Below, piece after piece: positions 50,936-61,660 of a DNA stretch of 64,000 nt; positions within the stretch are counted from its first letter, which is position 1, and each line of letters opens with the position of its first letter. Both the position numbers and the translations under genes were made by a program. Under the pieces are notes generated by a model. It had not been told where the DNA came from, made no database searches, and saw only the letters and a program-made list of their open reading frames with translations. Source of the DNA: Gemmatimonadales bacterium (GTDB lineage: Bacteria > Gemmatimonadota > Gemmatimonadetes > Gemmatimonadales > GWC2-71-9); assembly GCA_038321865.1 (NCBI GenBank), contig JBBQFH010000001.1, positions 128,001 through 192,000 of the forward strand, given 5' to 3'.

Positions 50936-51915
50936 GCCACCTGCGCGATCGGATCGAGGTAGGCGAGGAAGATGGCCTCGGCCTCCGCGATGGACTCGAT
51001 CTGGAACAGCCGCTGGCGAAGGTCGCTGGCGCCGTGCAACCCCTTGGTATACCAGCCAAGATGCTTGCGGAACTCCATGACGGTCCGGCGTGTATCCCCC
51101 TGCAGACGAATGGCCAGCCGCGCATGCTCGAGCGCCGTGCGGAACCGCTCGGCGGCATCCGGCACGGCGGGCCGGGGCTCACCCGCGAGCAGTGCCTGCG
51201 CATCGCGGAAGATCCAGGGGTTGCCGAACACACCCCGGCCGATCATCGCGCCGGCGCAGCCGGTGTGCTGCCGCATGCGAAGCACGTCCTCGGCCGATTC
51301 GATGTCGCCGTTGCCAATCACCGGAATATCCAGCGCTTCGACCACTCGTGCGATATCGTCCCAACTTGCGCGGCCGGAGAACATTTGCGTCCGGGTGCGG
51401 GCATGGAGCGTGAAGGCACGGGCCCCCGCATCCTGCATCCTAAGCGCGATGCCGACCGGGTCGCGCGTCTCGTCGTTCCAGCCGCTGCGCGTCTTGACGG
51501 TCACGGGCAGATGGGTCGCGCCGGCCACGCTCCGGATGATCCGGCCCACGAGATCCATGTCACGGAGACAGCCGGACCCGCCGTTCCGCTGGACGACCTT
51601 CTTGACCGGGCAGCCGAAGTTGATGTCGATGAACTCCGGCTGATAGTGCTCGCTGATCAGCGCGGCCGCTTCCCCCATCGCCTCCGGATCCGCGCCGTAG
51701 ATCTGAATGCCGATGGGTCGCTCGCACGGCTCGAACTCCGCGCCCTCGAGCGTGGTTCTGATGCGCCGGCGAATCGCCTCGGAGGACAGAAATTCAGAGA
51801 TGACCACATCGGCGCCCATGCGGCGGCAGATCTGGCGGAACGGCGCTTCGGAGACCCCCGCCATCGGCGCGAGGACCAGCGGAAAGACGTGGGCGGACGG
51901 AAAGGGCAACTGCAT
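50932..51915 (-). CDS. dusB: tRNA-dihydrouridine synthase B family
   Basis: LAPMAGVS, IDINFGCPVKKV, VTVKTR.GW, HART, IGNGDI, MIGRG..GNPW. Confidence 0.92.
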   Translation of the reverse strand: MQLPFPSAHVFPLVLAPMAGVSEAPFRQICRRMGADVVISEFLSSEAIRRRIRTTLEGAEFEPCERPIGIQIYGADPEAMGEAAALISEHYQPEFIDINFGCPVKKVVQRNGGSGCLRDMDLVGRIIRSVAGATHLPVTVKTRSGWNDETRDPVGIALRMQDAGARAFTLHARTRTQMFSGRASWDDIARVVEALDIPVIGNGDIESAEDVLRMRQHTGCAGAMIGRGVFGNPWIFRDAQALLAGEPRPAVPDAAERFRTALEHARLAIRLQGDTRRTVMEFRKHLGWYTKGLHGASDLRQRLFQIESIAEAEAIFLAYLDPIAQVA

Positions 51916-51921
51916 GTCCTG

Positions 51922-51950
51922 AAAATACTTGCCGGTCCGACGGTCGGCAA
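51922..51950 (-). promoter_or_regulatory. Putative dusB promoter TTGCCG-N17-TATTTT, 6 nt before ATG (leaderless)
   Basis: Exact spacing; no SD. Confidence 0.6.
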
Positions 51951-51958
51951 TGGAGCGT

Positions 51959-51988
51959 TTGACACCGGCGGATGAGGCCGCTTACGTT
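51959..51988 (+). promoter_or_regulatory. Putative promoter TTGACA-N18-TACGTT, 5 nt before PTS IIA ATG (leaderless)
   Basis: Consensus -35; no SD. Confidence 0.6.
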
Positions 51989-51993
51989 GCGCC

Positions 51994-52443
51994 ATGCTGA
52001 CGTCGCTCTTTCAACCCGGCGCCGTGCGCCTCGATCTCGTGGCCGCGGCGCAGGATGATGTGCTGGCCGAGCTGGTTGCCCTCCTGCCGCTGCCGGAGGC
52101 CGACGCCCACACGCTCCAGAAGCTGCTGAAGCGCCGCGAGGCGCTTGGCTCCACAGGCGTTGGTCGGGGCGTGGCGATTCCCCATACGCGCTGCCCTCTG
52201 GTGGCCGGCCTCCAGCTCGCCTTCGGCCGTCTGCCGGCCGGCATCGCATGGTCCGCCATCGACAACAAGCCGGTGCACTACTTCTTTCTGATCGTGGCGC
52301 CGCCGCTCGAGGTGTCGAATGAATATCTGCCGGTGCTCGGCCGGGTCGCGCAGTTCGTGAAGGAGCCGGACGTGCCGCAGCGGCTCGGCGCCCTGCAGAC
52401 TCCGGCGGAGTTCTTCGCGCTGCTCGCCGAGAAGGGGCTGTAG
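51994..52443 (+). CDS. Second stand-alone PTS IIA (PtsN-like) protein
   Basis: REALGSTGVGRGVAIPHTR, IDNKPVHYFFLIVAP. Confidence 0.88.
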   Translation: MLTSLFQPGAVRLDLVAAAQDDVLAELVALLPLPEADAHTLQKLLKRREALGSTGVGRGVAIPHTRCPLVAGLQLAFGRLPAGIAWSAIDNKPVHYFFLIVAPPLEVSNEYLPVLGRVAQFVKEPDVPQRLGALQTPAEFFALLAEKGL

Positions 52444-52452
52444 TTCAGAGCG

Positions 52453-54009
52453 TCATTCCCACTCGATCGTCGCCGGCGGCTTCGAGCTCACGTCGTAGAC
52501 TACCCGGTTGACGCCATCCACCTCGTTGGCGATCCGGTTCGAGATACGGCTCATCACCTCGGGCGGAAAGGGAAACCAGTCCGCCGTCATTCCGTCGCGG
52601 CTGGTCACGGCGCGCAGCGCCACCACCTGGTCGTAGCTCCGCTCGTCACCCTGCACCCCCACCGACCGGACCGGGAGCAGGACCGCGAACGCCTGCCAGA
52701 TCTCGTCGTACAGCCCGGCCGCGCGAATTTCCTCGATGTAAATGTGGTCCGCCCGCCGGAGCACTTCCAGGTGGGCGGGGCGCACCTCCCCCAGGATGCG
52801 GATCGCGAGCCCGGGGCCGGGGAACGGGTGCCTGCCCACCATTTCCTCGGGCAGTCCCAGCTCGCGTCCCACCTGGCGCACCTCGTCCTTGAACAGCTCC
52901 CGCAGCGGCTCGATCAGCTTGAATGGGAGTCGCTCCGGCAGGCCACCGACGTTGTGGTGGGTCTTGATCGTGACCGACGGCCCGCCTGCCGGCGAGAGCG
53001 ACTCGATGACGTCGGGGTAGAGCGTGCCCTGCACCAGAAACCCCACGTCGCTGCCCACCGCGCGCGCCTCCACCTCGAACACATCGATGAACGTGTGACC
53101 GATGCGGCGCCGCTTCTCTTCGGGTTCGGTGATGCCGGCCAGCCGCTCGAGGAACTGCGCGCTCGCGTCCACCACCCGAAGGTCGATCCCCAGGTGGCGC
53201 CGGAACGTCTGCTCGACCTGATCGCGCTCGTGCAGCCGGAGCAGGCCATGGTCGACGAATATGCAGGTGAGGCGGTCGCCGACCGCGCGGTGGACCAGGG
53301 CGGCCGCGACGGACGAATCCACGCCTCCGGACAGGCCGCAGATCACGCGCGCCGTCGGGCCCACCATCGCGCGCACCCGATCGATCTCCCGCTCGATGAG
53401 CTGGCCGGGCGTCCAGTCGGGCGTGCACCCGCAGATGGCGAACAGAAAATTGTTCAGCACCTCGCCGCCGCGCGGCGTGTGCGCGACTTCGGGATGAAAC
53501 TGCACGCCATAGAGCGGCAGCTCGCGATGCTGAAAGGCGGCCACCGGCGAGTTGGCGCTCCGCGCGACGACATCGTAGCCCGGGGGCGCCACGTCCACAT
53601 GGTCGCCGTGGCTCATCCAGACCGGCGTCTCCTCGCCGATGCCGAACCCCTCGAACAGGCGACCGCCCAGGACCTCGAGCCCGGCCCGGCCGTACTCGCG
53701 GCGCGCCGCGCGCTGCACCGTTCCGCCGCTGAGGTGAGCCAGGAGCTGCATGCCGTAGCAGACGCCGAGGACCGGAACGCCAAGGGCGAGCAGCGCCGGG
53801 TCCGCCGTCGGAACGCTGTCGCCGTAGACCGAGTTCGGGCCACCGGAGAGTATGACGCCGCGCGGATCCCAGTCGCGAATCCACTGCACGCTCCGGGACG
53901 GCGGATGGATCTCGCAGTACACATGCGCCTCGCGCACGCGCCGGGCGATCAGCTGGGTGTACTGTGATCCGAAATCGATGATCAGGACGCCGTCGTGATG
54001 CACTGCCAC
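52453..54009 (-). CDS. guaA: GMP synthase (glutamine-hydrolysing)
   Basis: [55 protein letters not shown]. Confidence 0.97.
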   Translation of the reverse strand: MAVHHDGVLIIDFGSQYTQLIARRVREAHVYCEIHPPSRSVQWIRDWDPRGVILSGGPNSVYGDSVPTADPALLALGVPVLGVCYGMQLLAHLSGGTVQRAARREYGRAGLEVLGGRLFEGFGIGEETPVWMSHGDHVDVAPPGYDVVARSANSPVAAFQHRELPLYGVQFHPEVAHTPRGGEVLNNFLFAICGCTPDWTPGQLIEREIDRVRAMVGPTARVICGLSGGVDSSVAAALVHRAVGDRLTCIFVDHGLLRLHERDQVEQTFRRHLGIDLRVVDASAQFLERLAGITEPEEKRRRIGHTFIDVFEVEARAVGSDVGFLVQGTLYPDVIESLSPAGGPSVTIKTHHNVGGLPERLPFKLIEPLRELFKDEVRQVGRELGLPEEMVGRHPFPGPGLAIRILGEVRPAHLEVLRRADHIYIEEIRAAGLYDEIWQAFAVLLPVRSVGVQGDERSYDQVVALRAVTSRDGMTADWFPFPPEVMSRISNRIANEVDGVNRVVYDVSSKPPATIEWE

Positions 54010-54018
54010 GAAGCCTCG

Positions 54019-55335
54019 CTAGCCGAGCGGAGTGGGATGTTCGCCGCGATAGAGATCGGTCAGCTCCTCGCGCGGCCGGGCTACGGCGAACCGTCCGCCG
54101 TCCACGATCACCTCGGGCGGGCGCGGGCGGGTGTTGTAGCTCGACGCCATGACGAAGCCGTAGGCCCCGGCGCCGAGAATGGCCAGCCGCTCGCCTTGCG
54201 CCAGCGCGGGCAGCGATCGGTCGAGGGCCATGAAGTCCCCGGTTTCACAGACCGGGCCGACTACGTCCACCGGCGAGGCCTCACGACCCGCCGCCTCGAC
54301 CTCCAGGATCTCGTGATACGCGTGATAGTGGCTGGGACGCACCAGATCGTTCATGCCGGCGTCCACGATCACGAAGGACTTGCCGCCCGAGTGCTTGCGG
54401 TACATGACAGTGGTCAGCAGCACGCCCGCGCTCCCGACGAGGAAGCGCCCGGGCTCCACGTACACCGTCAGCCCGCTCCGCCCGAGCAGCGGGGCGACGG
54501 CGGCCGCGAATACGACCGGGTCCATCGGCGCCTCGGCGGCGTACTGAATCCCCAGTCCCCCGCCGATGTCGATCACTCGAAGCGTGTCGATCCCTGCCCC
54601 ACGCACCTCGCCGACGAGCGCGAGCAGCCGGCGGATCCCCTCCTGAAACGGGCCGGTATCGGTCCGCTGGCTCCCCAGATGCATGGCAAGGCCGGTCAGC
54701 TGCATGAACGGATGCGATGAGATCCGGCGCGCGGCGGCCAGCACCTGGTCGGTCGGAATCCCGAACTTGATGCCGCTCTTTCCCGTCGAGATGTACGGGT
54801 GCGTGTCCGTCGTCACGTCGGGATTGACGCGCACACCCACCGAGACCGAAATGCCCTCGGCCGTGGCGACGTCCTCCAGCACGTGCAGCTCCTCGGCCGA
54901 CTCGACGTTGATGTGGCCGACCCGGGCCCGCACGGCCGCCCGAAGCTCATCCACGGATTTGCCGACACCACTGAAGACGATGCGGTCGGGCGCGAACCCG
55001 GCCGCGAGCGCGCGCTGGAGTTCACCGGCCGAGACGATATCCGCGCCGGCGCCAAGGTCGCGCAGCACGCGAAGCACGGCCAGGTTGCCGTTGGCCTTCA
55101 CCGCAAAGCAGATCCGGTGGGGGACCGCGACGAGAGCGGCGTCGAGGGTTCGGTAGCGCGTACGAATGGCCCCGGCATTGTAGACGTACGCCGGCGTGCC
55201 GACGGCATCCGCGACATCGGTCAGCCGGACTTCGCCCATGACGAGTGATGCGCCGCGCCGCGCGAGGCCGCCATCGTCGAGCAGCTGCGCGACGTCCTCC
55301 GCTCCCGGGGCCGGCGTCAGTACGCCTTGGCCCAT
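54019..55335 (-). CDS. lysA: Diaminopimelate decarboxylase
   Basis: [53 protein letters not shown]. Confidence 0.94.
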   Translation of the reverse strand: MGQGVLTPAPGAEDVAQLLDDGGLARRGASLVMGEVRLTDVADAVGTPAYVYNAGAIRTRYRTLDAALVAVPHRICFAVKANGNLAVLRVLRDLGAGADIVSAGELQRALAAGFAPDRIVFSGVGKSVDELRAAVRARVGHINVESAEELHVLEDVATAEGISVSVGVRVNPDVTTDTHPYISTGKSGIKFGIPTDQVLAAARRISSHPFMQLTGLAMHLGSQRTDTGPFQEGIRRLLALVGEVRGAGIDTLRVIDIGGGLGIQYAAEAPMDPVVFAAAVAPLLGRSGLTVYVEPGRFLVGSAGVLLTTVMYRKHSGGKSFVIVDAGMNDLVRPSHYHAYHEILEVEAAGREASPVDVVGPVCETGDFMALDRSLPALAQGERLAILGAGAYGFVMASSYNTRPRPPEVIVDGGRFAVARPREELTDLYRGEHPTPLG

Positions 55336-56765
55336 ACCGCCTCGGCGACGCTCGGTTTGTCGCACCAGATGCACCGCGTCGGCAGAATCGGCGACCGGAA
55401 TTCGGGATCAGGAAGGACCCGGATCGTGGCCTTGGTCTCCGCCTTGATCTCGGCTTCGCACGCGCCGGCGCCACAGAAGCCGCCATAGACGAACCCGCCA
55501 GCTCCGGCCATCCGCTCGATGAGCTGCTCCCTGGTGGCGCCGCGAAGGCTCGAAGCCTCGCGGCGCGCCCGCGCCGTCTCCAGCAGCTCGATCTGCATCC
55601 GTGCCATCTCGTGCTGCATCCGTTCGGCGATGCCATCGATCGGCACCGGCTCCTTCTTGCCGCCGGTCCGGCGCGCCATCATCGCTGACCCGGCGGCCAC
55701 ATCCCGCGGCCCGACCTCCAGCCGGAACGGCACGCCGCGCCCCTCCCATTCGTAATACTTGGCGCCCGGCTTGATCCCCTCCCGCGCGTCCACGTGCACT
55801 CGCACTCCTGCCGCAGCCAGCGTGGCCCGGATCTGCTGCGCGGCCTCGAGCACCAGCACCCGCTCCTCGTCCGTCCGGTAGATCGGCACGACCACGACCT
55901 GGTACTGAGCCAGCCGGGGCGGACAGACCAGCCCGTTGTCGTCGCTGTGGACCATGATCAGTCCACCTATGAGCCGCGTGGATACGCCCCACGACGTATT
56001 CCAGACGAACGCGAGTCCGCCCTCGGCGGTCTGGAACGTGACTTCGAACGCCTTCGCGAAGTTCTGGCCGAGGTTGTGGCTGGTGCCGGCCTGCAGTGCC
56101 TTGTCGTCCTGCATCAGCGCTTCACAGGCGTAGGTCCGGAGGGCACCCGCAAACCGCTCGCTGTCGGTCTTGAGACCGGTCAGGACCGGCATGGCCATCC
56201 ACTCCTCCATGAAGGTGCGATAGACGCCGAGCATCTGTCGCGTCTCGGCTTCCGCCTCGGCCTCGGTGGCATGGGCGGTGTGCCCCTCCTGCCAGAGAAA
56301 CTCGGTGGTGCGAAGAAAGAGCCGCGTTCGCAGCTCCCAGCGGACCACGTTGGCCCACTGGTTGATCAGCACCGGCAGGTCGCGATAGCTCTGGATCCAC
56401 TTCGCGTACATGGCGTAGATGATGGTCTCGGACGTTGGCCGGACCACCAGCGGCTCCTCGAGCTCCTTGCCGCCGCCATGGGTGACGACCGCGGTCTCCG
56501 GGGCGAAGCCTTCGACGTGCTCGGCCTCGCGCGAGAGAAAGGACTGTGGGATGAACAGCGGGAAATAGGCGTTCTGGTGCCCGGTGTCCTTGAACATCTG
56601 GTCGAGGGCGCGCTGCATCTGCTCCCAGATGGCGTATCCGTTCGGCCGAATGACCATGCACCCGCGCACCGGGCTGTAGTCCGCCAGTTCGGCACGCATG
56701 ATCACCTCGTTGTACCAGGCGCTGAAATCGGCAGCGCGCGTGGTGAGAGCCTTCGTATCAGCCAT
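55317..56765 (-). CDS. proS: Proline--tRNA ligase (archaeal/eukaryotic-like type, no INS domain)
   Basis: [56 protein letters not shown]-terminal Cys motifs and AKAY. Confidence 0.95.
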   Translation of the reverse strand: MADTKALTTRAADFSAWYNEVIMRAELADYSPVRGCMVIRPNGYAIWEQMQRALDQMFKDTGHQNAYFPLFIPQSFLSREAEHVEGFAPETAVVTHGGGKELEEPLVVRPTSETIIYAMYAKWIQSYRDLPVLINQWANVVRWELRTRLFLRTTEFLWQEGHTAHATEAEAEAETRQMLGVYRTFMEEWMAMPVLTGLKTDSERFAGALRTYACEALMQDDKALQAGTSHNLGQNFAKAFEVTFQTAEGGLAFVWNTSWGVSTRLIGGLIMVHSDDNGLVCPPRLAQYQVVVVPIYRTDEERVLVLEAAQQIRATLAAAGVRVHVDAREGIKPGAKYYEWEGRGVPFRLEVGPRDVAAGSAMMARRTGGKKEPVPIDGIAERMQHEMARMQIELLETARARREASSLRGATREQLIERMAGAGGFVYGGFCGAGACEAEIKAETKATIRVLPDPEFRSPILPTRCIWCDKPSVAEAVWAKAY

Positions 56766-58089
56766 GCGTACGGGCACCGGAAGCGGGAGAAGAGGATTGG
56801 ATGACGGCGAGCAGCGCTGCCGTGAGCCGGTCTCGAGGAATCGCCTGCTGGGTCTTGCTGGCGAGGTCGCGCAGCACGACCTCGCCGCGGGCACGATCAT
56901 CGGGTCCGACGACGACCGCTGCCCGTGCCCCGCGCGCGTCAGCCAGCTTCAGCTGCTTGCCCAGCGCCTGCGGACCGAGGGAGTACTCGGTCGCGAAGCC
57001 CGCCTCTCGTAACTGGTGGGCGACCGCCAGCACATGCGGGAGGTCATCGTCGGTCACGCCCGCGACCAGCACGTCGACCGTGCGCGGCCGAACCGGCAGC
57101 AGGCCCTTTTCGCGGAGGAGTTCACCCAGGACGACGTCGCCCATACCGAAGCCCAGCGCGGGCAGATCTACGCCTCCGAGCGCCAGCAGCAGGCCGTCGT
57201 AGCGGCCGCCGCCGCAGATCGCGCGGAGGGTGCCGGCGGCATCGAACAATTCGAAGACGGTCCCGGTGTAGTACGCGAGCCCGCGTACGATCGTCAGGTC
57301 CACGTCGATGAAGTCAGCGAGGCCCATGGCGTCCAGCGCCGCGACGGTGCGCATCAGCGGTTCGCCTTCGACGGAGGCGCCCGGAACAGCAGCCAGCGCG
57401 CCCTCGACGGCGTCCCGCCCACGTAAGCCCGCGACGGCGAACACACTTTCGATGGCCCGCCCGGCGAAGCCCGCCCCGCTGAGCTGCGACGCGAGCTCCT
57501 CCCGCGATGCCCGCTCCACCTTGTCGATTGCCTGGTACGCATCCGCCAGCTGGGACTCGGTCACGCCGCCGCCCAGGAGCAAGGCGCGGAGCACCCGCCG
57601 ATCGGACAGACGCACGCGCACGTCGCTCGATGACAGTCCGAAGGCCCGCATCAGATCGACCGCAAGCGCAATCACTTCGGCATCGGCCAGAGGGCCCGCT
57701 TCGCCGACCAGATCGCAGTTGAGCTGGAAGTGTTCGCGCAGGCGCCCGCGCTGCTGGCGCTCGTAGCGAAACAACTGCGGAATGGAGAACCAGCGGATCG
57801 GCTTCTTCAGGCCGTTCGCCCGCGCGGCGACCATGCGGGCAAAGCTGGGCGTCATCTCCGGCCGCAACGCGACGTCGCGCTCGCCCTTGTCGGTGAAGTT
57901 GTACAGCTGTCCCACGATCTCCGCCCCGCTCTTGGCGGTATACAGGTCGAGCGGCTCGAGCGGCGGCCCGTCATACTCCTCGAAGCCGTAACGCCGGGCG
58001 ACCTCCCGCCAGGTGCGGAAGATGTAGGCGCGTACGGCAAATTCGTCGGGGTAGAAATCGCGGAAGCCCGGGAGGGCCTGGCTTTGCAT
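56758..58089 (-). CDS. hisS: Histidine--tRNA ligase
   Basis: [47 protein letters not shown]. Confidence 0.96.
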   Translation of the reverse strand: MQSQALPGFRDFYPDEFAVRAYIFRTWREVARRYGFEEYDGPPLEPLDLYTAKSGAEIVGQLYNFTDKGERDVALRPEMTPSFARMVAARANGLKKPIRWFSIPQLFRYERQQRGRLREHFQLNCDLVGEAGPLADAEVIALAVDLMRAFGLSSSDVRVRLSDRRVLRALLLGGGVTESQLADAYQAIDKVERASREELASQLSGAGFAGRAIESVFAVAGLRGRDAVEGALAAVPGASVEGEPLMRTVAALDAMGLADFIDVDLTIVRGLAYYTGTVFELFDAAGTLRAICGGGRYDGLLLALGGVDLPALGFGMGDVVLGELLREKGLLPVRPRTVDVLVAGVTDDDLPHVLAVAHQLREAGFATEYSLGPQALGKQLKLADARGARAAVVVGPDDRARGEVVLRDLASKTQQAIPRDRLTAALLAVIQSSSPASGARTHG

Positions 58090-58095
58090 GGCGGG

Positions 58096-58124
58096 AACTT
58101 AAACGGAGGACGAGGGGAGGTAAA
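58096..58124 (-). promoter_or_regulatory. Putative hisS promoter TTTACC-N17-TAAGTT, 6 nt before ATG (leaderless)
   Basis: Exact spacing; no SD. Confidence 0.55.
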
Positions 58125-58135
58125 CGCTGGCGCGC

Positions 58136-59371
58136 TCAGATCGGCCCCATTCCCAGCGACTGCATGACGTCGCCCACGGTATGGAACGACCCGGTCACGA
58201 GGACGGTGCCGGCCCCACGTTGCGCCTCGGTCAGCGCGTCATGAAAATCGGGAACGAGCGACCACGCCGCCCGCGCGGGCGGACGGGATGGATCGGCGAG
58301 CCAGCGCCGGAGCCAGTCGAGATCCCAGCGGCGGTCCGAAGCGCTGGGCGCGATCGTGAGCACGCCGCGATCAACCACTTCGTCCAGCCGCACGAGCATG
58401 GCGGGCCAGTCCTTGTCACCCAGGATCGATACCAGGGCATGCACCGGACCGGGCGGTGGTTCCGCCCGCAGGGCAGCGACCAGCGCGGCCATTCCATCCG
58501 GGTTGTGCGCCACATCGAAGAGCCAGCGTCCGCGGCGGTCGAGCCGACCCGGGACGCGGGTCCGGCTGAACGCGGCGGCCACCGACGCGGCATCCGGCCG
58601 GTAGGCCGCGGGGAGCGCCTCAAGGAGCGCCGCGGCGACCGCCGCATTCCGGCGCTGGTGCGGGCCAGCCAGGCCGAGAGGCCCCTCCCACCGGACATCG
58701 TCAGCGACGACGCGCACATCGGCGGGCACGGCAGCGCCCTGCGCCGCGACGGCGGCGCCGGCGGCCGCCCGCAGGACCTCGATCAGGTGCAGATCCGTTT
58801 CTCCTATCACCAGCGGAATGCCGGGCTTGGCGATGCCGGCCTTCTCGGCGGCGATCAGCTCGAGCGTATGGCCAAGGTACTTCATGTGGTCCCGGGCGAT
58901 TTTCGTGATTCCAGCCACCAGTGGCAACACCACATTGGTGCTGTCCAGCCGGCCACCGAGCCCGACCTCGACGACCATGATCTCGGCGCCCCGCGCGGCG
59001 AAATCCGCGAAGGCGATCGCGGTAGTCACCTCGAAGAAAGTCGCTTCCAGCTCGAGGATGAGCGACTGGAGCCGACTGGTCCACATGGCGACAGCCGCCT
59101 CGCTGACGGGCACCCCGTCCACCACGATCCGCTCGCGGAACGAGACGAGGTGCGGAGAGGTGTACAGTCCCACCCGCAACCCGGTCTCCGCGAGAGCGTC
59201 CGCCACGAGCACCGAGACGCTGCCCTTGCCGTTGGTGCCGGCGATGTGGATTGCGGGAACGACCCGGTGCGGATCGCCCAGCGAGGCGAGCAGCGCACGC
59301 GTCGTGTCGAGGCCGAATTTGATCGACGTGGTGCGAGGATAGAGGAATGCAAGCGCCTGGGCGTACGTCAT
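58136..59371 (-). CDS. folC: Folylpolyglutamate synthase/dihydrofolate synthase
   Basis: IHIAGTNGKGS, YTSPHL, TFFE, EVGLGGRLDSTN, DH, EKAGI, DVAHNP, GSFH; start approximate. Confidence 0.93.
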   Translation of the reverse strand: MTYAQALAFLYPRTTSIKFGLDTTRALLASLGDPHRVVPAIHIAGTNGKGSVSVLVADALAETGLRVGLYTSPHLVSFRERIVVDGVPVSEAAVAMWTSRLQSLILELEATFFEVTTAIAFADFAARGAEIMVVEVGLGGRLDSTNVVLPLVAGITKIARDHMKYLGHTLELIAAEKAGIAKPGIPLVIGETDLHLIEVLRAAAGAAVAAQGAAVPADVRVVADDVRWEGPLGLAGPHQRRNAAVAAALLEALPAAYRPDAASVAAAFSRTRVPGRLDRRGRWLFDVAHNPDGMAALVAALRAEPPPGPVHALVSILGDKDWPAMLVRLDEVVDRGVLTIAPSASDRRWDLDWLRRWLADPSRPPARAAWSLVPDFHDALTEAQRGAGTVLVTGSFHTVGDVMQSLGMGPI

Positions 59372-59436
59372 GGCTGGATGCACGATCGCCCCGCCAGCTG
59401 CTGGCGGGGCGATTGGTTCGTCCGATGCCGATCCGC

Positions 59437-60306
59437 TCAGAGCGCCGCTTCCACGGCTTCCTGCGGCGCGCGCTGGCCCTGCATGTGGCGCAGCAGGCGC
59501 GCGGTCGTCTCGCGCAGCGAGCCGCGGGGCACGACATCGTCGATCTGGCCGTGCTCGAGCAGGAATTCCGCTGTCTGGAACCCGTCCGGGAGGTCCTGGC
59601 CGATGGTCTGCTTGATCACGCGCTGGCCGGCGAAGCCGATCACCGCACCGGGCTCCGCCAGAATGACGTCCCCCTGCATCGCGAACGACGCCGACACACC
59701 GCCCGTCGTCGGGTCGGTCAGGATCGTAATGAACGGAATCGAGGCCGCCTGCAGCGCAGCGATGGCGGCCGAGGTCTTGGCCATCTGCATAAGGGAGAGG
59801 ACCCCCTCCTGCATGCGGGCGCCTCCCGAAGTGCACACCAGCACCAGCGGCATCTTCTTTTCGAGCGAGCGCCGCGCGAGCCGCGCGATCTTCTCACCCA
59901 CGACGGAACCCATCGAGCCGCCCATGAACCGGAAATTCATGACGCCGAGGTGATAGGCCAGCCCAGCGAGGCGGCCGCTGCCCACGTAGATGGCGTCGCT
60001 GTCGCCGGCCTTTTTGCGCGCCACGGCCAGGCGGTCGGCATAGTGTTCGAATTTGAGCGGGTCGATCGACCGGAGCGATGCCCACAGCTCACGCCACGTC
60101 CCCGCGTCGGTCAGGAGCTCGATGTACTCCTCGGCGCTGAACCGGCGATGCCGGCCGCACTCCGGGCACACGTTGAGCGCCTTCTCGAACTTTTCGCGGA
60201 GGTCGATGTGGCCGCAGCCGTCGCACTTTTCCCAGGCGTCGGGCGGAATTTCCAGCCGCTCGCGCTGGGACGGGCGCGGCTTGCGCTCCTTTTTGAACCA
60301 GGCCAT
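59437..60306 (-). CDS. accD: Acetyl-CoA carboxylase carboxyltransferase beta subunit
   Basis: WEKCDGC...CPEC zinc finger, FMGGSMGSVVGEK, SGGARMQEG, PTTGGVSASFA, GFAG.RVI. Confidence 0.95.
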   Translation of the reverse strand: MAWFKKERKPRPSQRERLEIPPDAWEKCDGCGHIDLREKFEKALNVCPECGRHRRFSAEEYIELLTDAGTWRELWASLRSIDPLKFEHYADRLAVARKKAGDSDAIYVGSGRLAGLAYHLGVMNFRFMGGSMGSVVGEKIARLARRSLEKKMPLVLVCTSGGARMQEGVLSLMQMAKTSAAIAALQAASIPFITILTDPTTGGVSASFAMQGDVILAEPGAVIGFAGQRVIKQTIGQDLPDGFQTAEFLLEHGQIDDVVPRGSLRETTARLLRHMQGQRAPQEAVEAAL

Positions 60307-60418
60307 CACAGCCATAGGCCAGGAGTGACAGCGCGCGGGGGGCGCAAAGGATTTTGCATGAGCATGCAATCTGAAGGGTTGGAGCCCCCAGCGCTAGTAC
60401 CTGATAGCTAAGTCGTTG

Positions 60419-61660
60419 TCAGAAATCACTATAGCCAGACATCCTTGCGTCCCACGAGACCCGGGCGGCCAGTCCGAGACAGATGGAGCAGATGACGAAG
60501 AATGATCCCCCATACGAGAAGAACGGCAAGGGAATCCCCGTGATGGGCATGATGTTCACGGTCATTCCCACATTTTCAAACACGTGGGTGAACCAGAGCC
60601 CGATGATCCCGAAGATAACCAGGCTGCTGAAGGGGTCGCTGGCCCGCCGGGCAATGCGCAGAAGGGTCAGGAAGAGCCCCAGGAACAACGAGAGCGCAAC
60701 GACCACGCCCACGAAGCCCAGCTCCTCTCCCACCACGGAGAATACGAAGTCGGTGTGCTGTTCCGGCAGAAATGCGAGCCGTTTCTGCGGGCCCTGCGTG
60801 TAGCCCGTCCCGAACCAGCCGCCCGACCCGATGGCGACCTTCGATTGGATGGCGTGGTAGCCGGCGTCTCGGGGATCCACCTCGGGGTTGAGGAAGGTGA
60901 GCAGCCGGTTCTGCTGATACACGTTGAGGTGTTTCCAGGCCGGCATCGCCACGGCCCCCATCACGAAATTGGCGATGTAGATCGTGACGGATTCCCAGAT
61001 ATACGGCCGCCACGCCGCCAGCAGGGCGAAGACGGCGACCATCCAGGCGCCCCAGGCGTAGTTGTTGAATGCCAGGAGCAGGCTGATCCCCGGGGATGCC
61101 ACCATGAACAACAGCCGCGGCCGCACACCCGACCAGAACAGCATCGCGAACATGATCCCCACGAAGACCATCGCGCTGCCGAGATCGGGCTGCTTCATCA
61201 CCAGGAGAAACGGGACCCCGATGATGGAGCACGGCAACGCCAGATCCCGCAGCGAGCGGGGCGGCTCCTTGAGGCCGCTCAGGTAGCGGGCCAGCATGAG
61301 GACCGCCGCGAGCTTCGCCAGCTCGGACGGCTGGCCGATGCGATGGCTCCCGATCGCGAGCCAGCTCTTGCTGCTCTGAGCGGTCCCGGCCCCGGTCCCG
61401 ATCACCAGGACCGCGAGCAGCAGGATCAGGCTGAAGGCATAGAGGATCGGCGCGCCCCACTCCAACAGCCGCATGGACGTCTTGAACGTGGCGAAGGCGG
61501 CGACCAGCCCGACCGCCAGCCACGCGAACTGGTGATACCACACTCCCTGAGCCTGGGTGACGATATCGGTCTGACCGGCCGAATAGAGGACGATGAGCCC
61601 GTACAGCACGAGCGTCACCGAGATGAAGATGAGCGGACGGTCGACCCCGCCCGACCTCAC
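60419..61660 (-). CDS. rodA: Rod shape-determining protein RodA (SEDS)
   Basis: QPSELAK, KQPDLGS, GYHAIQSKVAIGSGG, LPEQHTDFVFSVVGEELG, TGIPLPFFSYGGS. Confidence 0.94.
   Translation of the reverse strand: MRSGGVDRPLIFISVTLVLYGLIVLYSAGQTDIVTQAQGVWYHQFAWLAVGLVAAFATFKTSMRLLEWGAPILYAFSLILLLAVLVIGTGAGTAQSSKSWLAIGSHRIGQPSELAKLAAVLMLARYLSGLKEPPRSLRDLALPCSIIGVPFLLVMKQPDLGSAMVFVGIMFAMLFWSGVRPRLLFMVASPGISLLLAFNNYAWGAWMVAVFALLAAWRPYIWESVTIYIANFVMGAVAMPAWKHLNVYQQNRLLTFLNPEVDPRDAGYHAIQSKVAIGSGGWFGTGYTQGPQKRLAFLPEQHTDFVFSVVGEELGFVGVVVALSLFLGLFLTLLRIARRASDPFSSLVIFGIIGLWFTHVFENVGMTVNIMPITGIPLPFFSYGGSFFVICSICLGLAARVSWDARMSGYSDF

Noticed and set aside
55317..56765. Archaeal/eukaryotic-type ProRS as evidence of recent horizontal transfer
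   Set aside because: This type is known in many bacterial phyla, and the gene is embedded in the operon with matching composition
60340..60380. Sigma-54 promoter at the TTGCA sites upstream of accD
   Set aside because: No GG at the required -24 position on either strand
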